Assembly: GCA_004292595.1 (NCBI GenBank)
Contig: RDXM01000106.1
Span: 4,946-68,945 of the forward strand
DNA from: Candidatus Kapaibacterium sp.
GTDB taxonomy: Bacteria > Bacteroidota > Ignavibacteria > Kapaibacteriales > UBA4661
Direction: 5' to 3'
Length of the DNA stretch: 64,000 nt
Of this stretch, positions 27,205 through 37,986 are shown piece after piece. The notes below the pieces were generated by a model that did not search any database, had not been told where the DNA came from, and saw only the letters and a list, made by a program, of their open reading frames with translations. The translations under genes were made by a program, and so were the position numbers. Each line of letters begins with the position of its first letter. Position 1 is the stretch's first letter.

Positions 27205-30200
27205 ATGACAACAGAATCTCACCATACCAACGCCAGTAACCACGACGGATTGAACGAATTTGGCGAATACACGCACGTCATTGTGCGCGGCGCGAAAGAG
27301 CATAATTTGAAAAACGTTTCGGTGGATATTCCTCGCGAGCAGCTTGTCGTGATGACGGGTTTGTCGGGTTCGGGGAAATCTTCGCTCGCCTTCGATACCA
27401 TCTACGCTGAAGGGCAACGCCGCTACGTGGAATCGCTCTCGCCCTACGCTCGGCAGTTCTTGGGCGCAATGGAAAAGCCTGATGTAGAGTCGATTGAAGG
27501 CTTGTCGCCCGCGATTTCGATTGAACAAAAAACTGTTGGCTCGAATCCTCGCTCGACCGTCGGCACGGTGACAGAAGTGTATGATTACATCAGGCTTCTG
27601 TACTCAAAAATCGGCGTGCAGCATTGCGTGGAGCATCCCGACATTCCTGTAAAAAAGCAAAGTTTCGACCAAATTATTGCAAGCATTCTCGCGCTGGGTA
27701 TGAGTGCGAAATTGTACATTCTCGCGCCGATTGTGCGCGGGCGCAAAGGGCATTACCGCGAGCAGTTTGAACAGCTTCGCAGACAAGGCTACACGCGGGT
27801 TCGCGTGGATGGGCGTTTGCAGGAAATCACCGACGGAATGCAGCTTTCACGCTATCAAATTCACACTATCGAAGTTGTGATAGACCGACTTGCCGCAGAC
27901 CCCGCACAGGAACAGCGTTTGCGGGATTCCTCCTCGCTTGCAATGAAAATGGGCGAAGGCGTAATGACGGTGCTTGTGGAGGAGCAGGCGAAAGAAGAAG
28001 GCGGCAAAACGGGCGTGATTGGGCTGCCAGAGCGCAAAGAAATGTTTTTCAGCCAAGCCAACGCCTGCCCAATGTGCCAGCGTTCCTACGAGCTTCTTGC
28101 GCCGAATGCTTTTTCCTTCAACTCGCCTTTTGGTGCGTGTCCGTCGTGCGAAGGCTTGGGTGAAATTCGAGATTTCAACACCGCACTTTTTAGCCCTGAA
28201 AAACATCTTACGTTGGAAGAAGGAGGCATCGCTCCGCTAGGAAAGAAGCGCGATACGTGGCTTTGGCGGCAAGTGGAAGAGGTGGCAAAACATTTCAATA
28301 TCAAAACCACAAAACCCGTTTCTAAGCTCACCGAAGACGAATGGAATATTTTGCTGAACGGCGCTGGCAAGGAAATTTTTTCGATAAAACATACGTTTTC
28401 TAATGGGCGCACAAGCACCTACAAACAACGCTTTGACGGCATTCTCGCCTTTTTGAAAGACCAATACGACAAGACCAATTCCAGCGCGATTCGTGGCAAC
28501 ATTGAGCAGTATATGTCGTCTGTACCGTGTCCGACGTGTAGTGGCGGGCGTTTGAAGGCAGAAAGCCTGAACGTTCGCGTGGGCGGATTGACGGTTACTG
28601 ATATTAGCAAAATGTCCGTGAGCGAAGCATTGGCGCACTTTTCAGCAGTGACGCTCTCGGAACGCGAAGAAGTTATTGCGCGGTTAATTTTGAAAGAAAT
28701 TACCTCGCGTTTGTCATTTTTGGAGGAAGTTGGGTTGCAATACCTGACCATTTCCCGCGCAGCCCGCACACTCTCTGGCGGCGAGGGGCAACGTATTCGC
28801 CTCGCGTCGCAGATTGGCTCGCAGCTGACGGGCGTGATGTATGTGTTGGACGAACCCAGTATTGGTCTGCATCAGCACGATAATCGCAAATTGATTGGTT
28901 CGCTAAAAAAGCTCCGCGACTTAGGAAATACGGTGATTGTGGTCGAGCATGACCGAGAAATGATTGAAGAAGCAGATTTTGTGATTGACTTAGGACCTCG
29001 TGCTGGCGTTCACGGTGGTGAAATGATGTTTGCTGGAACACCTGAGGAACTCACGAAACTCGAAGGCTCGACAACGGCGGATTACCTTGCGGGACGGCAA
29101 GTTATTCCCTACGCAACGCCCGAAGAACGCCGCGTGGGAAGCGGCAAGGAAATCGTGCTGGAAGGCGCGAAAGGCAATAATCTGCACAATGTCGCGCTCC
29201 GCATCCCGCTTGAAACCTTCACGTGTATTACGGGCATGAGCGGAAGCGGGAAATCCACGCTTGTGTACGACACGCTGTTTCCGATTTTGGCGCGGCATTT
29301 CACCGAAACCGTGATTGTTCCCTTGGAGTACGATACTATCACGGGTTTGGAGCATATTGACAAAGTAATTGATATTGACCAATCACCGATTGGGCGTACA
29401 CCCCGCTCCAATGCTGCCACCTACACGGGTTTGTTTACGCTGGTGCGCGACCTTTTTGCGCAGTTACCCGAGTCGAACATTCGCGGCTACAAGCCTGGAC
29501 GTTTTTCTTTTAATGTCGAAGCGGGCAGAGGCGGCGGGCGTTGCGAGGCGTGCGAGGGCGATGGCATGAAGAAAATTGAAATGAATTTTTTGCCCGATGT
29601 CTATGTTCCGTGCGATGTGTGCAACGGCAAACGCTATAACGCCGAGACTTTGCAGGTGAAATACAAGGGAAAATCTATCGCCGACGTGCTGGCAATGACG
29701 GTGGAAGAAGGAGTTTCATTTTTCAAGGATATTCCAAAAATTTACCGTAAAATTGAAACATTAAACGAAGTCGGGCTAGGCTACATCACACTTGGACAAT
29801 CGGCGACGACACTTTCTGGCGGCGAGGCGCAGCGCGTGAAATTGGCAACCGAACTCGCCCGCGTCAGCACGGGAAAGACGCTCTACATCTTGGACGAACC
29901 CACGACGGGCTTGCATTTCGAGGATGTGCGAATTTTGATGGAATTGTTGCATAAATTGGTCGAAAAGAAAAATACGGTTGTGGTAATTGAACACAACTTG
30001 GATGTGATAAAAACGGCGGATTGGGTGGTGGATGTTGGTCCGCAGGGCGGAAAGTTGGGTGGGCGGATTATTGCCGAAGGTACGCCCGAAGCGGTTGCGG
30101 CTGTTTCAGAATCGTACACAGGGAAATATCTCACCGAAGAGTTTGAGCGTGATGCACGTTTACGCGCAAATGGCGTAACGACGGCGGTTTCGCGGAATGT

Positions 30201-30357
30201 AACGAAATCTTCATCAGAAAAATCTGTGAAATCGGCTTCAGCGAAAAAAAATGGAATAGTGATTGATGCTGAAAATGGTGAAAGCGAATCAAAAGCGGCA
30301 ACTCCGAAGAAAATAACAACAGCAAAAACGAAGACAACAAAAAAGACGAAAACGTGA
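27205..30357 (+). CDS. uvrA: excinuclease ABC subunit A with a Lys-rich C-terminal tail
   Basis: [55 protein letters not shown], two ABC modules and zinc fingers (CPMCQRSY...CPSCEGLG). The final 60 aa or so are K/T/A-rich (...[16 protein letters not shown]). Confidence 0.9.
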   Translation: MTTESHHTNASNHDGLNEFGEYTHVIVRGAKEHNLKNVSVDIPREQLVVMTGLSGSGKSSLAFDTIYAEGQRRYVESLSPYARQFLGAMEKPDVESIEGLSPAISIEQKTVGSNPRSTVGTVTEVYDYIRLLYSKIGVQHCVEHPDIPVKKQSFDQIIASILALGMSAKLYILAPIVRGRKGHYREQFEQLRRQGYTRVRVDGRLQEITDGMQLSRYQIHTIEVVIDRLAADPAQEQRLRDSSSLAMKMGEGVMTVLVEEQAKEEGGKTGVIGLPERKEMFFSQANACPMCQRSYELLAPNAFSFNSPFGACPSCEGLGEIRDFNTALFSPEKHLTLEEGGIAPLGKKRDTWLWRQVEEVAKHFNIKTTKPVSKLTEDEWNILLNGAGKEIFSIKHTFSNGRTSTYKQRFDGILAFLKDQYDKTNSSAIRGNIEQYMSSVPCPTCSGGRLKAESLNVRVGGLTVTDISKMSVSEALAHFSAVTLSEREEVIARLILKEITSRLSFLEEVGLQYLTISRAARTLSGGEGQRIRLASQIGSQLTGVMYVLDEPSIGLHQHDNRKLIGSLKKLRDLGNTVIVVEHDREMIEEADFVIDLGPRAGVHGGEMMFAGTPEELTKLEGSTTADYLAGRQVIPYATPEERRVGSGKEIVLEGAKGNNLHNVALRIPLETFTCITGMSGSGKSTLVYDTLFPILARHFTETVIVPLEYDTITGLEHIDKVIDIDQSPIGRTPRSNAATYTGLFTLVRDLFAQLPESNIRGYKPGRFSFNVEAGRGGGRCEACEGDGMKKIEMNFLPDVYVPCDVCNGKRYNAETLQVKYKGKSIADVLAMTVEEGVSFFKDIPKIYRKIETLNEVGLGYITLGQSATTLSGGEAQRVKLATELARVSTGKTLYILDEPTTGLHFEDVRILMELLHKLVEKKNTVVVIEHNLDVIKTADWVVDVGPQGGKLGGRIIAEGTPEAVAAVSESYTGKYLTEEFERDARLRANGVTTAVSRNVTKSSSEKSVKSASAKKNGIVIDAENGESESKAATPKKITTAKTKTTKKTKT

Positions 30358-30989
30358 ATAGAGCAACAAAATATCTTTCCGCAATATTGTCCACAGTTCG
30401 CACCAAAGCGGTGGTGTGGTGTGGTGTGGTGGTGATATTTTTTGCAGTGGCTCCATCCATGCACGGTAGTATTGATGAGGCGTTGAAGCTGATAGAAGCA
30501 AAAACAACGGGATCACAGCAAATCGCCGCCGAAGAGGAAAAACTTCAAGCCTTATATGTTTGGCAATTTTTGCAGTTTATTGAATTTCCTACACCTACAA
30601 CCCCACAAGAGCCGTTTATTGTGGGTGTTTTGGGCATTACCCGTGTAGAGAATTATTTGCAAGAAGTGGTACGGCAAAAGCAACTTGGCGAAGGCAGAAG
30701 TGTAGAAGTACGCCGTTTGGGGAGTGTTGAGGATGCGCTTCGTTGCAATACAATTTTCATTGCGCCAGGCGAAACAATTCGCACAGCACAGCTCTTGGCG
30801 AAAACGCGCAGTAAGCCTATTCTCACGATTGGGCGCGACGATGGGTTTCTTGACAAAGGCGGCTTGATAAATTTTTATGTGGAAAACGCCAAAGTCCGCT
30901 TTGAATATAACGCCGAAGAAATCCCATCCTCCAAACTCCGCTTCAGTTCTAAGCTCTTGCGCTTGGGGAAATCGGTATCGAAAAAGTAA
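30354..30989 (+). CDS. YfiR-like periplasmic protein (DUF4154 family)
   Basis: TM/signal N-terminus, then PFIVGVLGITRVENYLQ...GRSVEVRRL...LRCNTIFIAPGE...KGGLINFYVENAKVRFEYNAEEIPSSKLRFSSKLLRLGK. Its start overlaps the uvrA stop by 4 nt. Confidence 0.55.
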   Translation: MNRATKYLSAILSTVRTKAVVWCGVVVIFFAVAPSMHGSIDEALKLIEAKTTGSQQIAAEEEKLQALYVWQFLQFIEFPTPTTPQEPFIVGVLGITRVENYLQEVVRQKQLGEGRSVEVRRLGSVEDALRCNTIFIAPGETIRTAQLLAKTRSKPILTIGRDDGFLDKGGLINFYVENAKVRFEYNAEEIPSSKLRFSSKLLRLGKSVSKK

Positions 30990-31088
30990 AGTACTGCAAA
31001 GCCCGTATTTGCTTGATTCTGTGAAATTCATTCCTCTTTTGATTTTGCTCCCGCCGTTATGTCATCCTCTATCCTTTCATCATCAGAA

Positions 31089-31652
31089 ATGCACCGCAAG
31101 CTCCGCCACGACGAACTTCTTCAGCAGCGCCGCTCGCTAGAAGGCATTCATGCCGAAACGCGGCATCCCATCTCGCTTTTGCTATATAACATTCGCAGTT
31201 TGTACAATGTCGGTTCGCTTTTTCGCACGGGTGATGCAGGTTTCATCACGAAGTTGTATTTATGCGGCTACACGCCGCACCCGCCGCGTAAGGAAATTGA
31301 GAAAACGGCTCTGGGCGCGGTAGATACTGTGCCTTGGGAATATTCGCCCGACGCGAAGCTGCTCATTCCTCGTCTCCGTGCCGAAGGCTTGAACGTGATG
31401 GCACTAGAAATGACGACACAGAGCCGCCCCGTGTATTCCTTACAGCGCGAAGATTATCCGTTGTGTTTGGTGCTGGGGAATGAAATTACGGGCGTGGATG
31501 ACGATGTTTTAGAGCTTTGCTCTGGCGCGGTGGATATTCCGATGTATGGCGTAAAACACTCGCTCAATGTTGGTGTGGCGGGCGGTATTGCGCTCTTTGA
31601 AGCGGTGCGGGCGTGGAAGGATTTTTCTTCGATGCCCGTGGCGCATTTGTGA
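31089..31652 (+). CDS. SpoU/TrmH-family RNA 2'-O-methyltransferase
   Basis: IRSLYNVGSLFRTGDAGFITKLYLCGYTP...CLVLGNEITGVDDDVLELCSGAVDIPMYGVKHSLNVGVAGGIALFE are SPOUT motifs. The start is either 31059 or 31089. Confidence 0.7.
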   Translation: MHRKLRHDELLQQRRSLEGIHAETRHPISLLLYNIRSLYNVGSLFRTGDAGFITKLYLCGYTPHPPRKEIEKTALGAVDTVPWEYSPDAKLLIPRLRAEGLNVMALEMTTQSRPVYSLQREDYPLCLVLGNEITGVDDDVLELCSGAVDIPMYGVKHSLNVGVAGGIALFEAVRAWKDFSSMPVAHL

Positions 31653-31653
31653 G

Positions 31654-31923
31654 CTACAAGACGACGACGAATCCCACCAAGCCCGACGAACTCTTGCGGT
31701 TCATACGGTTGATAGCATTTAGCTCTTGCTCTTGTTCCTCAAACGACATGGCGGCAAATTTATCGGCAAAAGCAACCATACCGCGATACATATTGATAGT
31801 GCTGGCTTCGTAGTTGCTGTATTCCTTCACCATTTCTGGGTCGCCTGCATCTAGGCGGGCAAGCTCGCTCCGCAATTCGTCAGATTCGCTTTTGATAGAT
31901 TCTCGTGTTGCAAGTCTTGGCAT
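31654..31923 (-). CDS. small hypothetical protein
   Basis: ORF of 89 aa with coiled-coil-like, charged composition. No recognisable family. Confidence 0.25.
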   Translation of the reverse strand: MPRLATRESIKSESDELRSELARLDAGDPEMVKEYSNYEASTINMYRGMVAFADKFAAMSFEEQEQELNAINRMNRKSSSGLVGFVVVL

Positions 31924-32001
31924 GGGAGATGATTATGATTTTTACGACTATCACTATACTAAAAATGGATAAAAATTGCATATCGAAACGTGAAGGAGTT
32001 G

Positions 32002-32034
32002 AGATGTAGTCCACCTTGAAGGTGGACTACATCT
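32002..32034. other. strong stem-loop with a 14-bp perfect stem
   Basis: AGATGTAGTCCACCttgaaGGTGGACTACATCT, inside a 370-bp AT-rich non-coding region upstream of the HsdR_N-like gene. Confidence 0.4.
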
Positions 32035-32300
32035 GAAGCACCAAACCTTTTTCAGTATAATCATCAAACTCCGTACTGACAAAAAACGATGTGCTTCCAG
32101 CAGTAACAGTCAAAATGATATTGAATTTACCAAGTATTTATACCTGTCGTGCTTTCGCTCGTAACGGTAAAGTAAAACGTAGAAAATTTCTCCACAAGCT
32201 AATATTTTTCTCTTCCACAAAAAATCTTTTTGAAGAGAAAACAAGATTTTTCTAGCTTTCCGTCCAATAAATTCTTCTCAAAACCATTCCTTTTCTTGCC

Positions 32301-33464
32301 ATGACGACCGCACCTGCACCAAGCGCAAACAGCGAACCCAAGCGCGATGTTTTCAAAGAGCAATTAGCACAAATTCAAAAGCACGTCCAGGCCTTTCACG
32401 CCGACATCCTGACTGAAGAAGGTGCAAAGACAGCCTTTATCTTACCCTTTATCAACTTTGTGCTGGGCTATGATATTTTCAATCCGCTTTCGGTTATGCC
32501 AGAGTACAACGCGGATGTGGGTATGAAAAAAGGTGAAAAGGTAGATTACGCCATTTTGATGAATGGTACGCCCGTGATTTTGATTGAGTGCAAGCAAGCA
32601 TCGGATACGCTTTCGGTGGATAATGCAGCGCAGTTGTATCGGTATTTTTCGGTAACCCCCGCAAAAATTGCTATTTTGACAAATGGTGTGCAGTACAAGT
32701 TCTTTTCGGACACAGAGGAAATCAACAAGATGGACTTGAAGCCGTTTCTGGAATTTGATATGCGCACTTTGGACATGACCAATGCAGCGATACTTGACCA
32801 GATTCGGAGCTTTAGCCGAGAGCATTTTAAGATTGACGAAGCAGGACGCATGGCGATTGAAATGAAGTATGCCGAAGGCATCAAGCAGTTTTTATTCAAG
32901 CAAGTGCAAGAGCCGAGCGACGACTTTGCGGCAACACTTTTAGGTGCGGTCTATCCTGGACGGCGCACCGCCAAAGCGATTGAGCAGTTTCGACCTGTTG
33001 TACAAAAGGCGTTTCTGGGCTTTCTCGAAGAGCGTGTCGCGCAGGTGGTGAGAGCAATGAACATTGCTGCCCACAACTCCCAATACGCCAAAGAAAATGG
33101 CATGGACACGGTTGTGAATGTCGTTGGCGATGCAGCAACGGGCAAAGAAATTATCACAACCGTCGAGGAGTTGGAAGGATTTTACTTGGTGAAAAGTCTT
33201 TTGACAGCGATTGTTTTACCAGAAAGAGTAAGCTACAAAGACACACTATCGTACTGCGCTGTGATTTTGGACAACAATGTTCGCAAAACTATCTGCCGTT
33301 TGTACTTTAACAACACTGAAAAAAAGCAAATTGGTGTGTTCGAGGCAAATACCGAAAAGAAATACGACATTCAAACGCTATCGGATGTGTACAAATTTGC
33401 CGAACCTATCCTAACAATGGCACGGTATCACGACCAGAAAACGATGCCGTCTGCTGCTGTCTGA
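32301..33464 (+). CDS. stand-alone protein with an N-terminal HsdR_N-like (PD-(D/E)xK restriction-endonuclease-like) domain
   Basis: EEGAKTAFILPFINFVLGYD...KVDYAILMNGTPVILIECKQASDTL...AQLYRYF..AKIAILTNGVQYKFF matches the type I R-subunit N-terminal nuclease fold. No helicase domain is present. Confidence 0.55.
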   Translation: MTTAPAPSANSEPKRDVFKEQLAQIQKHVQAFHADILTEEGAKTAFILPFINFVLGYDIFNPLSVMPEYNADVGMKKGEKVDYAILMNGTPVILIECKQASDTLSVDNAAQLYRYFSVTPAKIAILTNGVQYKFFSDTEEINKMDLKPFLEFDMRTLDMTNAAILDQIRSFSREHFKIDEAGRMAIEMKYAEGIKQFLFKQVQEPSDDFAATLLGAVYPGRRTAKAIEQFRPVVQKAFLGFLEERVAQVVRAMNIAAHNSQYAKENGMDTVVNVVGDAATGKEIITTVEELEGFYLVKSLLTAIVLPERVSYKDTLSYCAVILDNNVRKTICRLYFNNTEKKQIGVFEANTEKKYDIQTLSDVYKFAEPILTMARYHDQKTMPSAAV

Positions 33465-33469
33465 GTGAG

Positions 33470-33562
33470 GACTTTCGCAAAATACGTGGAGTGCGGAATA
33501 TGTTTCATGCTTCGCATACTGTGCTGGCTTCTGATGCGACTGCGAAATACATTCCGCACTCC
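33470..33562. repeat. family 3 MITE-like element, degenerate copy
   Basis: GACTTTCGCAAAatacgtGGAGTGCGGAATatgtttc...gcgaaatacATTCCGCACTCC. The left end is intact and the right end is eroded. Confidence 0.5.
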
Positions 33563-33608
33563 AAATCATGCTCATTATGTCATGCTCATATGCGAACGTC
33601 ATATGAGC

Positions 33609-35705
33609 TTACACATAGCCTTGCTGCTGCAAGCGAAAAAGCTCGGCATAGCGTCCATTTTTTGCAAGTAATTCTGTATGCGAGCCGATTTCAAGCGGGG
33701 TTCCGCCTTCCAAAACTAAGATTCTATCTGCCATGCGCACCGTTGAAAAACGATGCGAAATAAGAACCGCCGTTTTTCCGTGCGTGAGTTCCGCAAAGCG
33801 TTGAAATACCTCGTGTTCGGCGCGTGCGTCGAGCGCGGCGGTGGGTTCGTCCAATATCAGTACCTCTGCATCGCGCATATATGCTCGCGCCAGCCCAAGT
33901 TTTTGCCATTCACCGCCCGACAAATCCACGCCTTTTTGGAAATATCGCCCAACCATTTGCTGATAGCCGTCGGGAAGCCGCTTGATAACGGAATCCGCGA
34001 GGCTTTGTGCGGCTGCGTGGTCTATTCGTGCTTGATTTTCGCGCTCCTCAATCCGCCCAACCGTGATATTGAGCGCGGCTTGCATTTGATAGCGGATAAA
34101 ATCTTGAAAAATCACTCCAATTCCTGAGCGCAAACTTTCCACGTCGTACTCACGCAAATCCCGCCCGTCCAAGAGAATACGCCCTTCGCTGGGGTCGTAC
34201 AGTCGCGCAAGCAGTTTGACTAAGGTTGTTTTTCCTGCGCCATTTTCGCCCACCAACGCCAGTTTTTCTCCTGCCTTCAGGTGAAACGAAACATTACGCA
34301 ATGCCCAGCGTTCTGAATTGATGTACTTAAATCCAACATTTTCAAAGACAAAACCGTTGCGCAAGGGACGCGGTGCAAGAATAGTGCTGTTTGGCACACG
34401 AGGGCTGGAAGCAAGGTTTTGTGAGCTTTGGAGGGAATTTGTGGTCGAAGCGTGGGGTACACTCAAATTGCCCGCAACCTGAGCGGTGATGCGTGCTTGG
34501 AGCTTAAAAAAGTCAAATAAATCTTGCAAATACATCGCACCTTCGGCAATGCTTGCAAACCGCCCCAATACGCCTTCCAGCGTACCGCGCAAGCTCCGAA
34601 ACGAGCCAGCAAGAAAGGTCATATCGCCCAGCGAAAGCTGTCCGCGCACGGTCTGGACGATGATAAACGTATATGCGCCGTAGTAGCCCGCCGTTCCCAA
34701 AATAGCCAGCACACCGCCCCAGAAGGCGCGTCCAGCCGCAAGTAAGCGATTTTCTGCATAGTAGCTGTCCGCAAGCTCTTTGTAGCGCGAGGCGAGATAA
34801 TCCGCCAGTCCGAAGATTTTTATTTCTTTTGCTGTTTCGTCGCTCGCACCGATGTAGCGCAGATAATCAAGTTCGCGGCGCTTTGGTGTCCAAGCATTCA
34901 TAAGCGAGTAACTGCGCTGGTTGAAACGGGTTTCGCTGATAAATGCTGGAATGACGGTGAGAAAAAGCAACAAAATGAGCCACGGGGAAAAAACGACAAG
35001 ACTTATCGCCAAAACCAGCATGGACACTGCATCCTGCACCTGCGCAAGTGATTGCGTCATGAGCGAAATCCGCGAAGTGGTCTGCCGACGCGCTTTTTCC
35101 AGTTTGTCATAAAACGTGGAATCCTCGAACATCTCCAAATCTAGCGTCGCTGCGTGGCGCATGAGCATCACGGAGGATTCATTGGTGAACTTATCGCCTA
35201 GCATACTATCCAAGAAAGCAATGGTGCGGTTTAGCAGGTCGGAGGCGATTGCTAAAGCAAACTCTGCGCCGACGAGCAACCATAAATGCTGCATTTCCAC
35301 GCTTGCAAAAAGCTGTTCGAGCGGCAAGGGAATATTGCTGGGAATATTGCTGGAAATATTGCTGGGAACGCCCGTCGTTGCTGGTGTTTGGGTGTGAATG
35401 AATTGTATTTGCACAAGGCGCACAATTTCATCCACAATCAATTTTCCAATAAACAACATGGAGGTCGGCACTGCCGCTCTGAGAAGGCGCAAAAGCATGG
35501 TAGAGAGCATCATTGCTGGGCTGACACGCCAAATCAGAGCGAAGAATTTGGGTAAATTGCGCAAGGCAACAAAGCGTTCGCGGTAGGTATTTGCTCGTCC
35601 CTGAGGTGCAGTATTGCTTGCGGGGCGAGTCAGAAGCATTTCGAGAATTTTTGTGAACATATGAGGAAGAAATAATAAATTTTTCAGTGATAAGCAAGGA
35701 TTCAA
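33609..35705 (-). CDS. ABC transporter, fused permease/ATPase exporter (MsbA-like)
   Basis: Six TM helices, then an ABC domain with GENGAGKTT, LSGGEWQKLGLARA and ILDEPTAALD motifs. An in-frame tandem-repeat insertion (SNISSNIPSNIP) lies in a TMD loop. The start may be 35639. Confidence 0.8.
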   Translation of the reverse strand: MNPCLSLKNLLFLPHMFTKILEMLLTRPASNTAPQGRANTYRERFVALRNLPKFFALIWRVSPAMMLSTMLLRLLRAAVPTSMLFIGKLIVDEIVRLVQIQFIHTQTPATTGVPSNISSNIPSNIPLPLEQLFASVEMQHLWLLVGAEFALAIASDLLNRTIAFLDSMLGDKFTNESSVMLMRHAATLDLEMFEDSTFYDKLEKARRQTTSRISLMTQSLAQVQDAVSMLVLAISLVVFSPWLILLLFLTVIPAFISETRFNQRSYSLMNAWTPKRRELDYLRYIGASDETAKEIKIFGLADYLASRYKELADSYYAENRLLAAGRAFWGGVLAILGTAGYYGAYTFIIVQTVRGQLSLGDMTFLAGSFRSLRGTLEGVLGRFASIAEGAMYLQDLFDFFKLQARITAQVAGNLSVPHASTTNSLQSSQNLASSPRVPNSTILAPRPLRNGFVFENVGFKYINSERWALRNVSFHLKAGEKLALVGENGAGKTTLVKLLARLYDPSEGRILLDGRDLREYDVESLRSGIGVIFQDFIRYQMQAALNITVGRIEERENQARIDHAAAQSLADSVIKRLPDGYQQMVGRYFQKGVDLSGGEWQKLGLARAYMRDAEVLILDEPTAALDARAEHEVFQRFAELTHGKTAVLISHRFSTVRMADRILVLEGGTPLEIGSHTELLAKNGRYAELFRLQQQGYV

Positions 35706-35828
35706 ATTACCTTCTTTCCATGAAAAACGACGCGCAAAACGTCGTATTTGTTTGGTTACTCATGGAATTTTCAATAAGTTGCTGTCTGTTCAAGGGCGCA
35801 AAATAGTGGGTTTTCATGTCGGTACTCC

Positions 35829-37007
35829 TTGTCTGGCTCAGATATCACGTCATTTTCTACAATTACCATGACACCGCAGCATCACAACCTCGTTCGTAAA
35901 GGATTTTTTTCCATTCTGTGGACGTTTGTTTTTTTTCTTCTCACTTCTACGTGTTGTCTTGTCTATTTTTCTTCAACCGCATATGAGTTTGCCGACCTTG
36001 CCATGATGGACGGTACGCTGGATGAATCTAATCAGCCGATGCCCGATAAGGAGCAGTTCCGCAACACAGGCGCACGTATGGCATATGCCTACGCAACCAT
36101 GCACGAATCGGATATTTTTGCGGGACTCTTCATCTTTAGTTTTGCCGTATCATTATTTGCGGGCTATGTGGGTATTCTGCCCGGTACGGACGACGAAAGT
36201 ATGCAGTTTTTTATGGAGCGTGGCGCAGAAGACGCATCAATGCTGGCATTGTCGCCGTATTGCCCAAATTGCGGAACGTCCTTACAGCAGGACTGGAACT
36301 TTTGCTCGCAATGCGGACAAGAGCGCACCGTAGCGCAAGAACTAACGCTTGGGAACTTTGTGCGCTCGACGATTCCCGATATTTTGAACATTGACGGTAA
36401 ATTTTTTCATACCGTGCAGCTTCTCTTGACCAAGCCTGGATTTCTCACGCTTGAGTATTTGCAAGCAAAAAAAGCAAGCTATACGCTTCCTACGCAGCTC
36501 TATTTTGTTATTGCGGCGGCATTCTTTGTTGTAAGTATCAATTTAGATTTTAGTACTGATGTTCTCTACCAACAAGCACCGCAGCTTGCGGAATTGATTA
36601 CCCAAAAAGCGCAGGAAAATAATCTTCCCATTGAAATCATTAAGCAACGTGTAGATAATACATTAGAGAATTTTATTCCCATCTATACCTTTTTTATGGT
36701 GATTATGTTTGCGGCGTGTTTGAAAGTTCTTTATCCGCATTGGTACTACGTTGAGCATCTCGTCTTTTCCTTGCATTTTATCGCATATTTTCTCATTCTT
36801 TGGATGGGTCTTATTATCGTTGCGGCGCGGTTTCCCGCATTGGATAACTTTGCGGTATTCTTGCCGCTTCCGTATTTGTTCTTTTGTTTGAAGAATGTAC
36901 ATTTTTCAAGTGCAAAATGGAAGTTTTTTCCAGCAATGATATTCTTCTTTGTTCTCTTTCTTCTGTACATTGCCTTTTCTCTGTACATCGGCATCTTAGT
37001 TTTGTAA
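35829..37007 (+). CDS. DUF3667-domain membrane protein with a zinc ribbon
   Basis: CPNCGTSLQQDWNFCSQCGQERT, then RSTIPDILNIDGKFFHTVQLLLTKPGFLTLEYLQAKKASYTLPTQLYFVIA, which is DUF3667. An unusual 150-aa N-terminal extension carries 2 TM helices. An internal start near 36210 is possible. Confidence 0.55.
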   Translation: MSGSDITSFSTITMTPQHHNLVRKGFFSILWTFVFFLLTSTCCLVYFSSTAYEFADLAMMDGTLDESNQPMPDKEQFRNTGARMAYAYATMHESDIFAGLFIFSFAVSLFAGYVGILPGTDDESMQFFMERGAEDASMLALSPYCPNCGTSLQQDWNFCSQCGQERTVAQELTLGNFVRSTIPDILNIDGKFFHTVQLLLTKPGFLTLEYLQAKKASYTLPTQLYFVIAAAFFVVSINLDFSTDVLYQQAPQLAELITQKAQENNLPIEIIKQRVDNTLENFIPIYTFFMVIMFAACLKVLYPHWYYVEHLVFSLHFIAYFLILWMGLIIVAARFPALDNFAVFLPLPYLFFCLKNVHFSSAKWKFFPAMIFFFVLFLLYIAFSLYIGILVL

Positions 37008-37058
37008 GAGTTTGGTAAAATTACGACGTACTACGAATCTTCAATCTTTTGTATTACC

Positions 37059-37973
37059 ATGAAAAATCGCACACTTATTTTTGCCTTCTTTGTTTTTGCT
37101 ATTGTTGCGCTGGCTATCATTGGCTCGCTCTTTCGCGCCCGCTCCGACCAAGCAAAAAAGCTCGAAGTTCAAGGGCGAGAACTCGTTGCTTTTTCTGCTG
37201 AGAAGGACAGTATTACGCAGGTGCTGGCAGATGCAACGCAGTCTATCAATAATGTGTACAATCAAGTATCTAATGTAGCAGGCGCGGTTGCAATTTCGCG
37301 GACGCTTGAAAACATTGATAACGTGAACTACAAAAGCGAGGTAGCATCGAAGCTCGTAGGTATTAGCGATATGGTCAATAGCTATAAAAATCAAATGAAA
37401 ACTGCCGAATCCCGCGTGATATCCTTGAAGCAGCGCAACGCAGGGTTCGCACAAAAACTTGTTGTGCTGGAGGAAACCGTCAAAAAACTCCAAGAAACGA
37501 TTGCGCAGCAAGAAATACGCATTACGCAGCTTTCGGATGAACTCAACATCACCCGCGCCGAGCGCGACCGCTACCGTGCCGATGCCTTAGCAAAAGCAAA
37601 ATCGCTCTTAGCAAAAGAAAAAGAGCTTGAAGCAACAACCGAAGAACTCAACACCGCATTTTTCATCATTGGCAAAACAGACGACCTCGCAAAGCAAGGC
37701 TACATCGAAAAGAAAGGCTCGGTGCTGATTTTCGGTGGTGCGTGGAAGCCGTCGGATTCCTTGAAAGTGGATTCCAATTTCCAACAAATCAATATCACGA
37801 AAACACTGGAATTGCCGATGAAATCAAAATTTTATCGTCTTGTCTCCGCCCACGACCAGCGTTTGCTCGCGCCACAGCCCAATGCGTCGGAAGTTTTGCC
37901 GTATATGCTGAAAATCAGTAAACCAGAGAAGTTTTGGGCGCAGTCTAAAATTTTGATTATCACCGAAGATTGA
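37059..37973 (+). CDS. membrane-anchored coiled-coil protein with a conserved C-terminal domain, paralog of 51998-52942
   Basis: N-terminal TM helix, a long coiled coil, and a C-terminal block FFIIGKTDDLAKQGYIEKKGSVLIFGG...INITKTLELP...KFWAQSKILIITED shared with the second locus. Confidence 0.5.
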   Translation: MKNRTLIFAFFVFAIVALAIIGSLFRARSDQAKKLEVQGRELVAFSAEKDSITQVLADATQSINNVYNQVSNVAGAVAISRTLENIDNVNYKSEVASKLVGISDMVNSYKNQMKTAESRVISLKQRNAGFAQKLVVLEETVKKLQETIAQQEIRITQLSDELNITRAERDRYRADALAKAKSLLAKEKELEATTEELNTAFFIIGKTDDLAKQGYIEKKGSVLIFGGAWKPSDSLKVDSNFQQINITKTLELPMKSKFYRLVSAHDQRLLAPQPNASEVLPYMLKISKPEKFWAQSKILIITED

Positions 37974-37986
37974 GGAAATTGCGTTC

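Noticed and set aside
30409-30430. GGTGTGGTGTGGTGTGGTGG microrepeat
   Set aside because: It lies inside the signal/TM segment of the YfiR-like gene (translated VVWCGVVV) and is probably a trivial slippage repeat.
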